A DNA stretch of 64,000 nucleotides from Haliotis rufescens (taxonomy: Eukaryota). Below the pieces are notes generated by a model, which saw nothing but the letters and a program-made list of their open reading frames with translations, was not told the origin of the DNA and did not search any database. Shown piece after piece: positions 38,882-51,099 of the stretch; position 1 is the stretch's first letter; each line of letters opens with the position of its first letter. The position numbers and the translations under genes are program-made. The stretch is from positions 37,200,001 to 37,264,000 of the forward strand of contig NW_025963890.1 in assembly GCF_023055435.1 (NCBI RefSeq), given 5' to 3'.

Positions 38882-39710
38882 ACATACAGGAGACATACAG
38901 CAGACATACAGGAAACATGGACATAATACAGGTGACATCATGGACATAGGGAGCATACAAGTGAAATACACAGGTCATACAGGAGACATAGAGGGGTCAT
39001 ACAGACATCATACAGGAGACACAGGGGACATACAGGGGTCTTACAGGAGACAAACACAGGTCATACAGGAGACATACAGGGATCATACAGGGGACATATA
39101 TGAGACATAGGGGTCATACAGGGGACATACAGGAGACACACAGGGGTCATACAGGAGTCATATAAGAGTCATACAAGAAACAGGGGACATACATGAGACA
39201 TAGGGGTCATATGGGAGACATGCAGGGGACATACAGGGGACATACAAGAGACATACCGGGGTCATACAGGAGACACAGGGGTCATACAAGAAACAGGGGA
39301 CATACAGGAGACATAGGGGTAATACATGAGACATACAGGGGACATACATGAGACATAGGGGGCATACAGGAGACATACAGCAGACATACAGAAACCAGTG
39401 ACATGATACAGGTGACATCATGGACATCGTGGACCTAGAAGCATATAAGTGAAATACACAGGTCATACAGCAGACATACAGGAGACATACACAGGTCATA
39501 CAGGAGACAAACAGGGGTCAGACAGGAGACATACAGAGGTCATAGAGCAGACATACATGAAACATGGACATGATATAGGTGACATCATGGACATAGGAAG
39601 CATACACGTGAAATACACAGGTCATACAGGAGACATACATGGGTCATACATGAGACACACAGGGGTCATACAGGAGACATACAAGGTAATACAGGTGACT
39701 ACAGGACCTG
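38882..39710. repeat. Irregular purine-rich tandem repeat (catacaggagacatacagggg) filling MAPK15 intron 5
   Basis: Directly visible. Confidence 0.85.
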
Positions 39711-39796
39711 TATATCAGAAACTTACAAAAGACGACATCTTGCAAGCTGCAAAAGCCACATTTCATGTTACCATGGTGATAAAACAGTTGGTTTAC

Positions 39797-39963
39797 CTGT
39801 GTGATGCAAGCAGGATCTCAGGGGCTCTGTACCAGCGTGTGGCCACGTACTCTGTCAGATTGGGGTCCCCTGTTTCATCCATGCCGATCTGTGTGAGTGA
39901 CCGTGCAAGACCAAAGTCACACAGCTTGACCACACACTCACTGTCCAGCAGAATGTTGGAAGG
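39797..39963 (-). CDS. MAPK15: MAPK15 exon 5 (PSNILLD...DFGLARS...[17 protein letters not shown])
   Basis: DFG, TEY and APE motifs; gcAG acceptor and gtaaac donor. Confidence 0.96.
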
Positions 39964-40177
39964 CTGCAGGGATAGAGAAACTGATAATCTCAACATGCTC
40001 AAACAGCGGGGTACAATAGGGACATGCAACTTTACTGTGTGCAGCTGGTGTGGGCCACATATTCATGATAATAATATGAACAAACAAATCAATAGTGGCT
40101 TTGAATGAAAATCACAGGTTCCAAGACATATTGGTACATGACCAATTTTACAAAGTGAGTTAATTACTAATGATTCA

Positions 40178-40412
40178 GACCTGTGAAGAGTCAGGTAAGA
40201 ATAGGTCTTCAGCAGCCCATGTTTGTCAGTAAAGACGCTAATGCTTGTCTTAAGAGGCGACCAATGGGATCGGGTGGTTGATACATGTCATCATATCCCA
40301 ATTACTTAGACCAATGCTCATGATGTCAATCCCTGGATTGTCCGGTCCGACCACACCGTCGTCAAATAGCAGGAATATTGCTGAGTGCGGCGTCAAACAA
40401 CAAACAAACAAA
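40178..40412 (+). mobile_element. Retroposon family D copy
   Basis: 5' gacctgtgaaga..agaataggtcttcagc head and (AAAC)n tail. Confidence 0.78.
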
Positions 40413-40721
40413 CTTTACTTTTTCAGAAACTTTATTGCTCAGATATGAAGGGTTGTTAACTGTTTTCAGTGACCAATGACATAATAAGGGACCACGTTAT
40501 AGTCAGCACTATTTCGGGGACTTTTAGATAGTGGAGTCTAGACCAGGCAAACCAATGACTGAAAGCATGAACAAGGAACCATGCCATAAGGGGACAATGA
40601 CACAAAACTTGTCACAGAGCCTCTTACAAGCATGAGGTACCGGGGACCCATTCAAACCTAGAATCCCTATATGGCAATGACCTTGATACAGGTTGTGTCA
40701 GAATGACTAACTATTTGTTAC

Positions 40722-40852
40722 CTTCTGATCTCGATGGATCACATTGCCTGAGTGAAGATACTTGGTAGATTTGAACAGCTGGTACATGATGTACCGTTTG
40801 TGAACATCCTTCAGAATGTTGCCTCTCTTGATCACATTGTGAAGGTCAGTTT
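40722..40852 (-). CDS. MAPK15: MAPK15 exon 4 (ETDLHNVIKRGNIL...HSGNVIHRDQK)
   Basis: HRDQK catalytic loop as in vertebrate MAPK15; tcAG acceptor and gtaaca donor. Not in the ORF track. Confidence 0.95.
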
Positions 40853-41113
40853 CTGAAAAGAAATACAATCAAATACTTTAATATAATCAACTATCTTTTA
40901 GGCCTTCACATACAACCAACTAATTTAGACATTGTGCTAGGTATGAAATTGCTCGAAACAAATGACAACAACATACTTTAACATGTGTAAGACGTTCTGC
41001 AAGATGCATAGTCACTGGATACACGCAAATACTTTATTCTGCTAGGTGCAAAGTCACTGTATACAGGGCATAAAACCACATAAAAATAAGTTCAAACAAT
41101 AAGATTTACTGAC

Positions 41114-41234
41114 CCATGAACTCAAAGACAAGATAGATATCCTTGTCATTTTCTGCCTTGATGACGTTATGGAGCTTAATGATGTTGGGATGGTCCCCGA
41201 ACTCCTGGAGGAACATGATCTCTCGGAACGTCCT
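41114..41234 (-). CDS. MAPK15: MAPK15 exon 3 ([19 protein letters not shown]...DIYLVFEFM)
   Basis: Kinase subdomains III-V; acAG acceptor and gtcagt donor. Confidence 0.95.
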
Positions 41235-41286
41235 CTGTAACACACAACACAAGGTCAGGACAAACACAATAACATAGAACTGGTGT

Positions 41287-41372
41287 TATGTATGTATGTA
41301 TGTATGTATGTATGTATGTATGTATGTATGTATGTATGTATGTATGTATGTATGTATGTATGTATGTATGTA
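41287..41372. repeat. (TATG)n microsatellite
   Basis: Directly visible. Confidence 0.97.
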
Positions 41373-41516
41373 TATGAACAATATGAAACAGACCTTAGTG
41401 GAATGTATAACAGTTAAATGCCAGACTCAGCAATATCCAGCTATATCATGCTATATGATGTCAACATGTAAACAAGCAAGAGAATTTATGGATGTCAACT
41501 TCTTTATTATGAGGAA

Positions 41517-41556
41517 CACAACGTTTCGGAGTATATGCTTACTCCTTCATCAGGTG
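41517..41556 (-). ncRNA. Minimal type I hammerhead ribozyme motif
   Basis: Minus strand reads cac-CTGATGA-a-GGAGT-aagcatat-ACTCC-GAAAC-GTT-gtg. Confidence 0.7.
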
Positions 41557-41752
41557 AGAATGAATGAATTACTGTAATTACTGCAATTGCTAATTACTGT
41601 AAAGTGTTGGCTTCCATTATCTATTGCTAATCACCTATCAGTGCCAATTATCTGTTGGCTTCCCTTGTTAAGTTTCCACCTCTATCTTACCGGTATTACT
41701 TTTGTTGTTCTTACATGTACATATATATGCTCTCTGCCTCATGGCATTCATT

Positions 41753-41792
41753 CACCTGATGAAGGAGTGAGCATATACTCTGAAACGTAGTG
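41753..41792 (+). ncRNA. Minimal type I hammerhead ribozyme motif
   Basis: cac-CTGATGA-a-GGAGT-gagcatat-ACTCT-GAAAC-GTA-gtg. Confidence 0.65.
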
Positions 41793-42959
41793 TTCCTCAT
41801 AATAAAAAAGTTGACATCCATATATTCTCTTCCTTATGTGTATGACTTCTAAATGCATTTCAAAGACTTGAACATGTAAATAACTGGACAAAAAGTGATT
41901 CAACTTCCCACACCATCAGGATACAATGATATGCAATTGTCCGAATCACTAAGACTGACCACCAGGTATGTTTATTCACCTCTAATGTTGCTGGAAAACT
42001 ATTCTTCCCCAGAATCCCCATGGGGAGAAAACATTACATCCTTTATCATGTTTAGGTGGTGTGTCAGGTCAGAAAGCATCAATACGTTTCCACGAGGTAT
42101 GTCAACACCATAATATAAGATAGCTACGTGATAAATCGCAAAGAACAATGAAGAACATACATGGTTTATTTCACAAGAAAACATTGTTCTATAATGACGG
42201 CATTTCTGGAGATTCGAACATGCGCTCAAAACTTGATGACATAAATTGGACGACGTTATTTCTTTGTTTGAAGTGTCTAGTGAGTTGTTCCCCATAGATA
42301 AACGCAATGGCCGAACGATCGCATCCAAAAAAAGGGGAGAAAAATGACAATCAGTTTTGGGAAAAAAGGTACAGATAATTGAGGTGAAAATTGTGAGAAT
42401 ATGCAGGAAAGACCCCCCCTTTCATAAAATGGACTTGTCTATTCTAGAGGAGTCATCAATATTTAAATATGGGTAAATATCTTAAACATGTTAAAGCTTG
42501 TAATTTTATTAACATCCTTAAAGAGGCTGTACATAATATTGATATCTCATATAAGAAATATACCACTTGTGGTCATTGTACATTTTATTGTACGATTATG
42601 AAACACTGCAGGGAGAATAAACCACACAGAGCTGCTCTCACTTGTTTATTCTTAAATATGGACTATGTAGGCCATGTAATGCATATGTAGTAAGTTCAGT
42701 GATATTTACATCAGTGTGACTGTTATGCACATGAATCAATACACTAACAGACTAAAGAATCAGTGTTATGCTCACATACTACAGAAATTAACACAACACT
42801 ACCATCATGATCATGAATGCTCAGGATAGAGGCATTAGTGTCGCCTCTTACGACAAGCATAGTTGTCTCTAACAGCAAGTATGGGTTGCTGAAGACACAT
42901 TCTCTACCCGGATCTTCACGGGTTGTCAGTATAATGATACAGACTGATACATTATGTAC

Positions 42960-43058
42960 CTGAGCATCTGTCTGGTTCCTGAATGCATCGAAAATCTTCT
43001 TGACCGCCACCACCTCCCCTGTGCGACGGTCAATCGCCTTCCATACAATGCCATATGC
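42960..43058 (-). CDS. MAPK15: MAPK15 exon 2 ([33 protein letters not shown])
   Basis: End of the Gly loop and the VAVKK lysine; gcAG acceptor and gtacat donor. Confidence 0.96.
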
Positions 43059-44044
43059 CTGCAATGACAAACAACATACATGATAATGTGTTTAAACATA
43101 ATCTTTTCATAAATGACAGCAAAGTCAATGTGTACCCTGGTCTGTTCAATGAAATTAACAATATTGAAAAAAATTGCAGTCAAAAAAATTCTTTCAGTGT
43201 AGTAAGCTGAGCTAATGATCGTCATAATTGTGACTAGTCCATAAATAATGACTACAATCTGCTCAAAACATCTGTCAAATTTGGAGTACACTGTCTTTGA
43301 TACTTCAGAAGTCATGGTATTTATGCATAAAATTCCATTTACTTCACAAATACACATAACATGTACATGATGTGAAGCCAGGTTTTGTTTATTCCTTGGT
43401 ATAAAAAAGACATTTATCTTCCTTCAACAAGTTACCTGAATATGTTGTTGTGTGTGCAACGTTAGATAAGCTTGTCCCGTTGTCAACCTACTGTAATCTT
43501 GCACTGAGTTGCAGTTTAACATTTTGCTTACATTTATTCTGTGTGTTGATCTTGTAATCATGGTAAGTTTGCATTAGGGGAACCTTTTTTGGTCTTTTCA
43601 GGTTTTTTATTTTTCCATTTTTATGGTAGGTAAAATCATTAACATGATTAAATAACTGTTTCTTAAAAAACCTTGACAAATTAGAAAATACACCGATGAA
43701 AAGTGGAGTAGTACCATGGCTATCCACTTACTTGATAACACATACAACATGTACAACGGCTGACGTATGTTCATACCACAAATATTTGTGATGTACCACA
43801 CTGAATTTAAGTTACCCTCAACAATATTTCAGTGTCATCAAACTATCTGTTGTAAATATATTTGTGCACCATTAATGTATCATATTTATGAATATCTGTA
43901 ATTTTTAAAGTCACATGTGGATAATTTTGAATGTATGACACAAGCGCATATGGATTTAGTATCTTAGCACCTGTATCTTCACCATGTGGGCATAATGTTT
44001 TATATACTTCCCATAAGCACAAGCATACAGCAAGTGATCAATAA

Positions 44045-44199
44045 GTGAGTGAGTGAGTGAGTATGGTTTTACGCCGCTTTTAGCAATATTCCAGCAATAT
44101 CACAGCGGGGGACACCAGAAATGGGCTTCACACATTGTACCCACGTCGTGAATCGATCCCGGGTCTTCGGCGTTTAACCACTAGGCTACCTGACCACCC
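44045..44199 (-). mobile_element. SINE family C (putative source of the 53488-54039 chimera)
   Basis: TSD gatcaataagt at ~44036 and ~44200. Confidence 0.82.
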
Positions 44200-44764
44200 G
44201 ATCAATAAGTGAAATTGCATGAATAACTGAAATTTAAACATTTCTTAGAAGAGCTAAGACTGATGTAAATAAATATTGTTCAAATGAGTGAATGTTGTAT
44301 TTCATGGCAGACAGCAATGTTCTTGAGATAACAATCAATTTTCCATCAAGTATGGACCAGCTGCCAGTGGTATTAGCCTGGGTCCCCTGACAATGTGAAT
44401 CAGCAACTCAGTCAGGCCGCAATAAATTTATTATTAGACTTTCCTCCATGCACAACTCACATCATTCAATGTCACTAAGACAAGAAAGTCAACATGTGTG
44501 TTGCATTCTTTTGCTACTTGATGGAATACAATATATGTATTGCTACTAACATTCAGGCTTTAACATGAATAAATGAATCATATCTGTCAACTGTTAATCT
44601 AAGCTGACACCAGTGACCTTGAATAGTTTTTTAACTGCTTAAAGAAAAGAAAATATTTGGATGAAAATCTAACAAAATTTTTACTGTGGCCTTATTTGAA
44701 CATATTGAGAAGGGATTGTATTTGACTGAAAATTTTAATATTGATATATAATAAAACAGGAATA

Positions 44765-46088
44765 CAGTGATCGCTCGCTATTGCGCTACCAATGGGGTCC
44801 AAATAATTGGTGGGCGTTATAGACGATGAGCCGTTTAACCGAAGCCGAGGCGGGGGAGCGCGCTCGGCAAATCTCAAATCATCAATAGGCCTATGTGTTT
44901 ATCTCACGTCACGTCAAAATAGTATATATTTTTATGGACCTAGATCTACCTGTAATATCATTCATTTATTAAATCTGTCATATTTCACAATGTCTGAAAT
45001 ACGTATTCCATTCTAATTTATCATTTTTTATCAATAAATTAAAAAATTATTCACTATTTCCCGCGATGTTATTGAAAATAAAATTCTCGGACACACATTT
45101 CGACAACGGGTCCGCATCGAACATGTCAAAGAGCAAAATATAGACTATTTTAAGCAAATCTTTAAATATATTATACAAAGTGATAAATAAAATCAACAAA
45201 AATATATCTAAAAGTAATCAAACTTACATCTAAGTTATTATTTCCATCGTTTTGTGCGATCGCGTGTAATGTAAGTCAAATGACATCTCGGCTTTCGTCG
45301 CCTTGAATTCTCGGCTCGGACACAACGTTTAATGCAAAAATATATGCATGAAAAATCTTTGTCACAGCTCGTAACCTAGCACGATACATTCGCGAAGTTC
45401 CATATTTTTAATATATATCGTGATTTCCTGCTTAAAACGTTCAGAATAACACGATTTAACAAAAAATCTTTCGCTAACTTCTGAAATTTATCAAACACGA
45501 GCTTTGTATCAAAGCTTGATTGGCTGCCTGAGGTCACGTGCTCAAAATTGACCAATCACGAAACTTGTAGCAGATTTCGGCAAGAAAGCGTCATTAGAAA
45601 CAAATTTTAATCCAATGAAATCGCTTGTTATAACTACGGGGAAAAAACAGGCGATGTTACGAAAGCGCGATTACGAAATGAATGACCGCCGTGTTGTGAC
45701 AGCAACTACATTTGTGTGACAGTTTAGCCTTAAATTGGATTGCCCACTAATTAAGAATATAAACTTCACTTGTGGTTCTCTTTTATTGCATGCATGCGCT
45801 TCTAAGATCAAAGGATGTATAGTGTGAAAAGTTAACTAGTTGAACAATCGTATTTCCGGGACTTGCCGCGGATATTTTCAAACAGATTATTAGAACTCCA
45901 TTCAGCGATAAACCGTTGATTATGCAATGAGAAGCGTTATGTGCAAATAAACAACGAACAACAATACAATCATGTCTGTGTAAAACTCTCAGTATTAAAA
46001 GTGTACATAAATTTTGGGAGCCATGCGTTACCGCGCGTAATAACCGAAGTAGCGCTTTATCGAAGAGCGCAATAGCGAGCGATCACTG
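44765..46088. mobile_element. Non-autonomous Tc1/mariner-type DNA transposon, 1.3 kb
   Basis: Perfect 23-bp TIR cagtgatcgctcgctattgcgct, TA dinucleotide on both sides, no transposase ORF. Confidence 0.88.
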
Positions 46089-46469
46089 TACAATCATTAC
46101 AGACGGGATGTTTTGCAAGTACAGTTGCTTCTTATATTCTTGCTGTTTCCACTTTAATTGTGTAACAGAATTGAATGAAGGGATGGTAACTAAAAGTAAC
46201 AGTTAGACCTTTGCAGTATTTTGTTCCCAGTCACACTGGCGAAACAATACCCTGTGATGTCAGTGGTCATGGAGTGTGCTTAAGCTCCCCTCATCTCCAC
46301 ACGCAATGTCGTTGCAAAAGCCCAGCGATGTTGAGCGTTTTGTATATTTGTTTACTAAATGTAGCCTGTGGCAGCGCATTTTTTAACAAGTGCTCGTTTA
46401 TGAAAGCACTTTTATTTTCAACATATTTTTTATTTCCTTTTTTTCTTAATCATGTTAATTCAAGTGGCG

Positions 46470-47855
46470 AAACCGCATTATCGGTGGTTCGAGAAGGGAG
46501 CTAACTCCGTTTGCCTAATCGAAAGTTCGAGGTGGGCCCACATTCGAAACTAAACGCACTTGTTGTTGAGAATATATACTACGTAAACAAACCCGCATAA
46601 CGAACTCATAATTTGTCTATTTAAAATAAGTATTATGACTTATAATTGGATTAAAATGTACAAATAAGATGGCAATACAGCAGAACTCACTTCTACGAAC
46701 ATCGCCAAACTAGGTCGTGGGGTTATTAATATTCATGAGTTAGGCCTATTCCTTTTATGGAACAAGTTCTCGGAAACGTCTGAGGCTTGTATCATGTCCG
46801 AGATCAATTCAAGTGTAGACATATGTTCAGGCTTATATCGCCACCAACACTTATGATTAGATTGGTGTGTTATACTGGAAAAGGTAGAATGAGTGGTATT
46901 GCCTCTGTAATTTTAATTTGAAGTAGATTTAAGTTTCTTGCTTGGTAGCTATTTTTGTAAAACTAGTGTGGTCAGCTATGACGCAGTTATTCAAACTTCA
47001 AAGACTTTTGTGCCTTTTATGGAATTAATGTCACACGAAATGATTTATAAAGATATTTCCCATCAATATTACAAAATATGAATAATAATATAAAATGTCA
47101 CATAATGACAAACGTGAGCCCAATAGCCTAAATGACTTCGTCAACCTCATGAAACCCAGCGATTTAAAAATGTGGGCCCACCTGTTTCGATCACTATAAG
47201 ACGGGAACAATGTGGGCCCACATTTTAGAAAATGGTTATAAGTAAGCAAAGCTAATGAAGCTAGCGATTTTTTAATGTGGTCCCTCCTTTTGCAATCACT
47301 ATGACGGAAGAACGTCTACCCACTAGGCGATATACAAATGTGGGCCCACTTGTTTCGATCACCATATATGACGGGAACATTGTGGGCCCACATTTGAGAA
47401 AATGATTATCAATATTTAAGTAGAATTTCGCGATTAATAAATGTGGTCCCTCCTGTTGCAATCAATATGACGGAAGAACGTCTGCCCACATTTAGGGATT
47501 GATTATCAGAACTAACGAAACAACCTAACGAAGCTAGGCGAAATACAAATGTGGGCCCACTTGTTTCGATCACCATAGATGACGGGAAAAATGTGGGCCC
47601 ACATTTTAGAAAATGGTTATCACCACTAAACCAATCTTAGAAGATGTACTGATGGAAACATAAATATATAATGCATTCAAACATTTAATTACCTTACGTT
47701 TTACCTTAGGGATAAGCTGGGCATTTAATAGCTGGACCAACAACGTGCAGCGTGGGTGACGCCATTTCTCGCAAATACGAAAACAACGGAGATAGCTCCC
47801 GTTTGAAATTAGAGTGACCTCCCTTTCCCAATATGAACCACTGATAATGCGGTTT
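46470..47855. mobile_element. Non-autonomous TIR element with internal palindromic repeats (aatgtgggcccacatt)
   Basis: TIR aaaccgcattatcRgtggttc at both ends; ~210-bp internal duplications; TSD not evident. Confidence 0.65.
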
Positions 47856-48781
47856 ATAAAATGATTATAAATGGGAACTAATATACATATTGTTATTTTT
47901 TCTATTCATTATTTTTCATTAATATGCACAGGGATGAAGTTTATTAGGTATATTATAATGACACTGAACACATCACCTCTTTATGATCATTAGGGTTAGG
48001 TACCCGTTTAGTGGCTATCATAGATTCTATAGCGGCTCCAAATATTCATCACACAAAAAAGTCAAGAAAGCAGGATGAAATGGTTTAGTGTCAAATATTT
48101 TGGCTACTGGAAACTGTCCGCGAAATTCAGACAAGCCATATTCATCCGTTGTGTTTATTCAGTAATGATTCAAAAGCGGACTCAACCTTGTTGCGTCACT
48201 ACACGTGCTTATTCCTCCTTCATTCCTTACTGTGATCCACATTATCCTTACAGTTTTCCCTACCACACTTTTATGTCACAAAATCATGGGACAAATGATT
48301 AAATACCATGTAATGCATGCGTACCTGCGAGTTCGATGTCTGACACCTGGAACTGTTTTCAGTTTGCGCCATATCGGCTCATTCCTCACCCCTCAGTAAC
48401 TTGTAGATGACGGAATGGGACGAGTGTGCCAAATGGCATCGGGATCACTCGTAAGCGTCCGTAGACCAAAGTCACGAGACCCCATGCCTACCAGTAACCT
48501 TTGTAAGTGTCCGTCACCTATTCGATCCATTCCGTTCAGTTTTACAGTGTTAACGTAGCTCAGTTGGTTAGCTATCGGGCTAACCATCTGAAAGTCACGA
48601 GTTCGCGTCTGATGCATTATCACAAAAACTGGTTGCTTGTCTTTGAGACATGTGACCTACGTCAGAGATCCTCCTCATGAGAAGTTGTGGTACTGTATTC
48701 TAAAGGTGCTCTGATTATGATAAAGAAACGATGTCAAGTTCATTTGTGACAATGTACAAAATAAACCAGTGATAACCCAGG

Positions 48782-48935
48782 GTGAGTGAGTGAGATTTTA
48801 TGCCACTTTTAGCAATATCACAGCATTGGTACATGAGAAATGGGCTTCACACACTGTACCCATGTGGGGAATTGAACCCGGGCCTTCGTCATGATGGGTG
48901 AGCACTTTAACCAGTTGGTTATACCACCACCCCCT
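48782..48935 (-). mobile_element. SINE family C
   Basis: aatgggcttcacacactgtacccatg body and tRNA head. Confidence 0.78.
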
Positions 48936-50113
48936 AAACATGCTAAACCAGGAAAAACAACCATATATACTATCAATGACTGTAGGCTCCTGTACCCCAT
49001 TTCAAGGAGACTTCATTGTAAACACAGTAACAGTAACCAGCTGATTAAACATTTGATTAGCTATTTAACAGGTATTAGTCAGTGTTAGAAATTGGCAATG
49101 GTCCTGTAGTCCTTGCCAAACTGCCCAATAGTTAAGGTATCATAAGGATGAATAGACATTTGCCATTTGTAAGTGGTTTGCTATATGTTATCATTGTAAG
49201 GACTAGTAGACTAAACATGTTAGTCTCTACCCCTGTATGAGTTCTTTTGGAGGAAGTTTGGTTTACAGTTACCTCACGTTATTGTGGTTATAATTCATGT
49301 TTTAATAAGAAGCAGGCATCACTCGGATACATTCATCAACTTATCACATATTTCTAACCGGGCAACATATCATTAATTGTGCATCTATGACAGATCTATA
49401 AGATTCATTTTGCTACCCTACTACTACTACTACTAGTAGAACTGAAGCAAATAGCCCCCATGTGAATTCTTGGGCACAACTGGTCCCCGATATTGTTTCA
49501 TTGGTCACACCAATCGGACATGAGCCCTTGAAGAATTAATGAACTTACTTAAATATGATGGCAGAACAGGAAAATAAAAGTTGCAGTCATGAAAAATAAT
49601 TTTACTCAGATAAACCTATCTGGATTAATATGGAAATCAGTGGGACACTGGGACATTGGCCAGATCACAAAGGCATAATGCCAATGACAGATATATTGCC
49701 AGTGCGTTCGAAGTTAGTAGTTATCTTTTCCCCTTATATGTCATCATGACTCAGGTGACAGAAATTAAATGAAAGATATTGCTGGTCTACACTGTAAGTG
49801 AAGAGGCCATCGATTTCTGGGCCGTCTCACGGTTGGACCACTCAACTTGGGTCAATCCCAATCCCACGACATTCCAGCAGACATGTTTTTTTGTGACGGC
49901 TAAGAAATTGAACGACAACTTGACTTTAAAAATTCGGCGTGATGTCCAGACTCGGTTTCTAATCAGTGTCCAAGGTTTCAAGCAACGCCAAGGTCTCAAT
50001 CGCAAGATCAAGTACGAACACATCGACTCTCTTGAAATAACACACATAGTTAAATCAGACATAGCACACCAAATTGATATAATCACAATTAAAATAATTA
50101 TCCCGTTACATAC

Positions 50114-50179
50114 CCCTTTTCCAAGCCTCTTCTTTATTTCATACTTCTTTGTGATGTGAGGCTCTATTTCAGAATTCAT
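50114..50179 (-). CDS. MAPK15: MAPK15 exon 1 (MNSEIEPHITKKYEIKKRLGKG)
   Basis: ATG at 50179, GGG|gtatgt donor; joins exon 2 to give GKGAYG. Confidence 0.94.
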
Positions 50180-50445
50180 ATTTCCGAATATTCCGAGTCG
50201 AAGCGTCAACAGTCATGGATGCCGGAAGTCGCCATGATACAAATTACAGTAGGAGGTGAAGGTACAAAAAATAGTCCTTTCATAACATTAATTTACTGCA
50301 CCAAAATAGCACAAACCACTAATATCGCATTAAATATGATTAATAACATATACTTTCATCTCGGATGTTATATTAAAAAATGAACTTGTGTCCTACTTTA
50401 GATGTGCATTTTTCTAGGCGACGAAATACGGTGTGAAGTAAGTAG
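50180..50445. promoter_or_regulatory. Putative (bidirectional) promoter of MAPK15 with ETS motif GCCGGAAGT
   Basis: ETS-type motif at 50221-50229 just upstream of the MAPK15 ATG; a strong plus-strand donor gtaagt at 50438. Confidence 0.45.
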
Positions 50446-51099
50446 GTCCAACACACATTTTGCCGCGTCATCAAAATGTGTGCATTTATGTGCATAACCA
50501 TAGCAATGACCTTTCGATCGACCTCAAAACACTGGGGTACAATACTGAGACACGGAGCTTGGTGTGGCACACGCTCGCTTAATTAATATTGATGAAGAAC
50601 ATCTGGGGCAGATAAGATTGTAAATATTTGATAAGTACTTTAATTTGTATCCTATAATGCGGAATACGATGGATATTTTAATCTTAGAATCCGAATGTAA
50701 CTGTATATCTAGTGTTGTGATATTTTGATGCCTACAGACGAATGTTGATCGATGTATAAATCAGAATATGCAAATAGAGGTTTTAGTTCTAAAAGTGTAC
50801 ATGCATTACAGTATCATTTGTATAAATGTGACCAGAGAATTAATTACACAGCGTTAACAAACAACTGTAATCTCAACGTTTATTTTCTAAAGCATGTTAC
50901 GATATATGCTATCGCAAATTGCGATATGGTAGTAATAGATTGTCGTTGTATTCATTGTCACTTATTCCTAACACTTTCTTAAATATTGCATACCATTTTT
51001 GAGTTACTTGTGCATCATCCCAGTAACTTTTGAGAAAATGATTTCATTATGAGTGAGTGAATTTTGGGCTGATGTGAGCGACGATGCAGCATAGAGAAC

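Larger units (their letters stand above)
41473..41870. mobile_element. Short Penelope-like (pLTR-type) insertion with inverted ~90-bp arms, each holding a hammerhead core
   Basis: Arms ~41475-41566 and ~41745-41835 are reverse complements; 10-bp direct repeat aacatgtaaa at 41463-41472 and 41871-41880. Confidence 0.7.
31728..50179 (-). other. MAPK15: MAPK15 (ERK7/ERK8) gene span, 13 coding exons, ~580 aa
   Basis: All exons join in frame with GT-AG introns. GKGAYG, VAVKK, HRDQKPSN, DFG, TEY activation motif, APE, and the MAPK15-type C-terminal FGSYTQSFGTI motif. Confidence 0.93.

Noticed and set aside
49779-50113. Extension of the MAPK15 exon 1 ORF and the antisense 126-aa ORF
   Set aside because: Kinase similarity stops at the gtatgt donor; the rest is intron.
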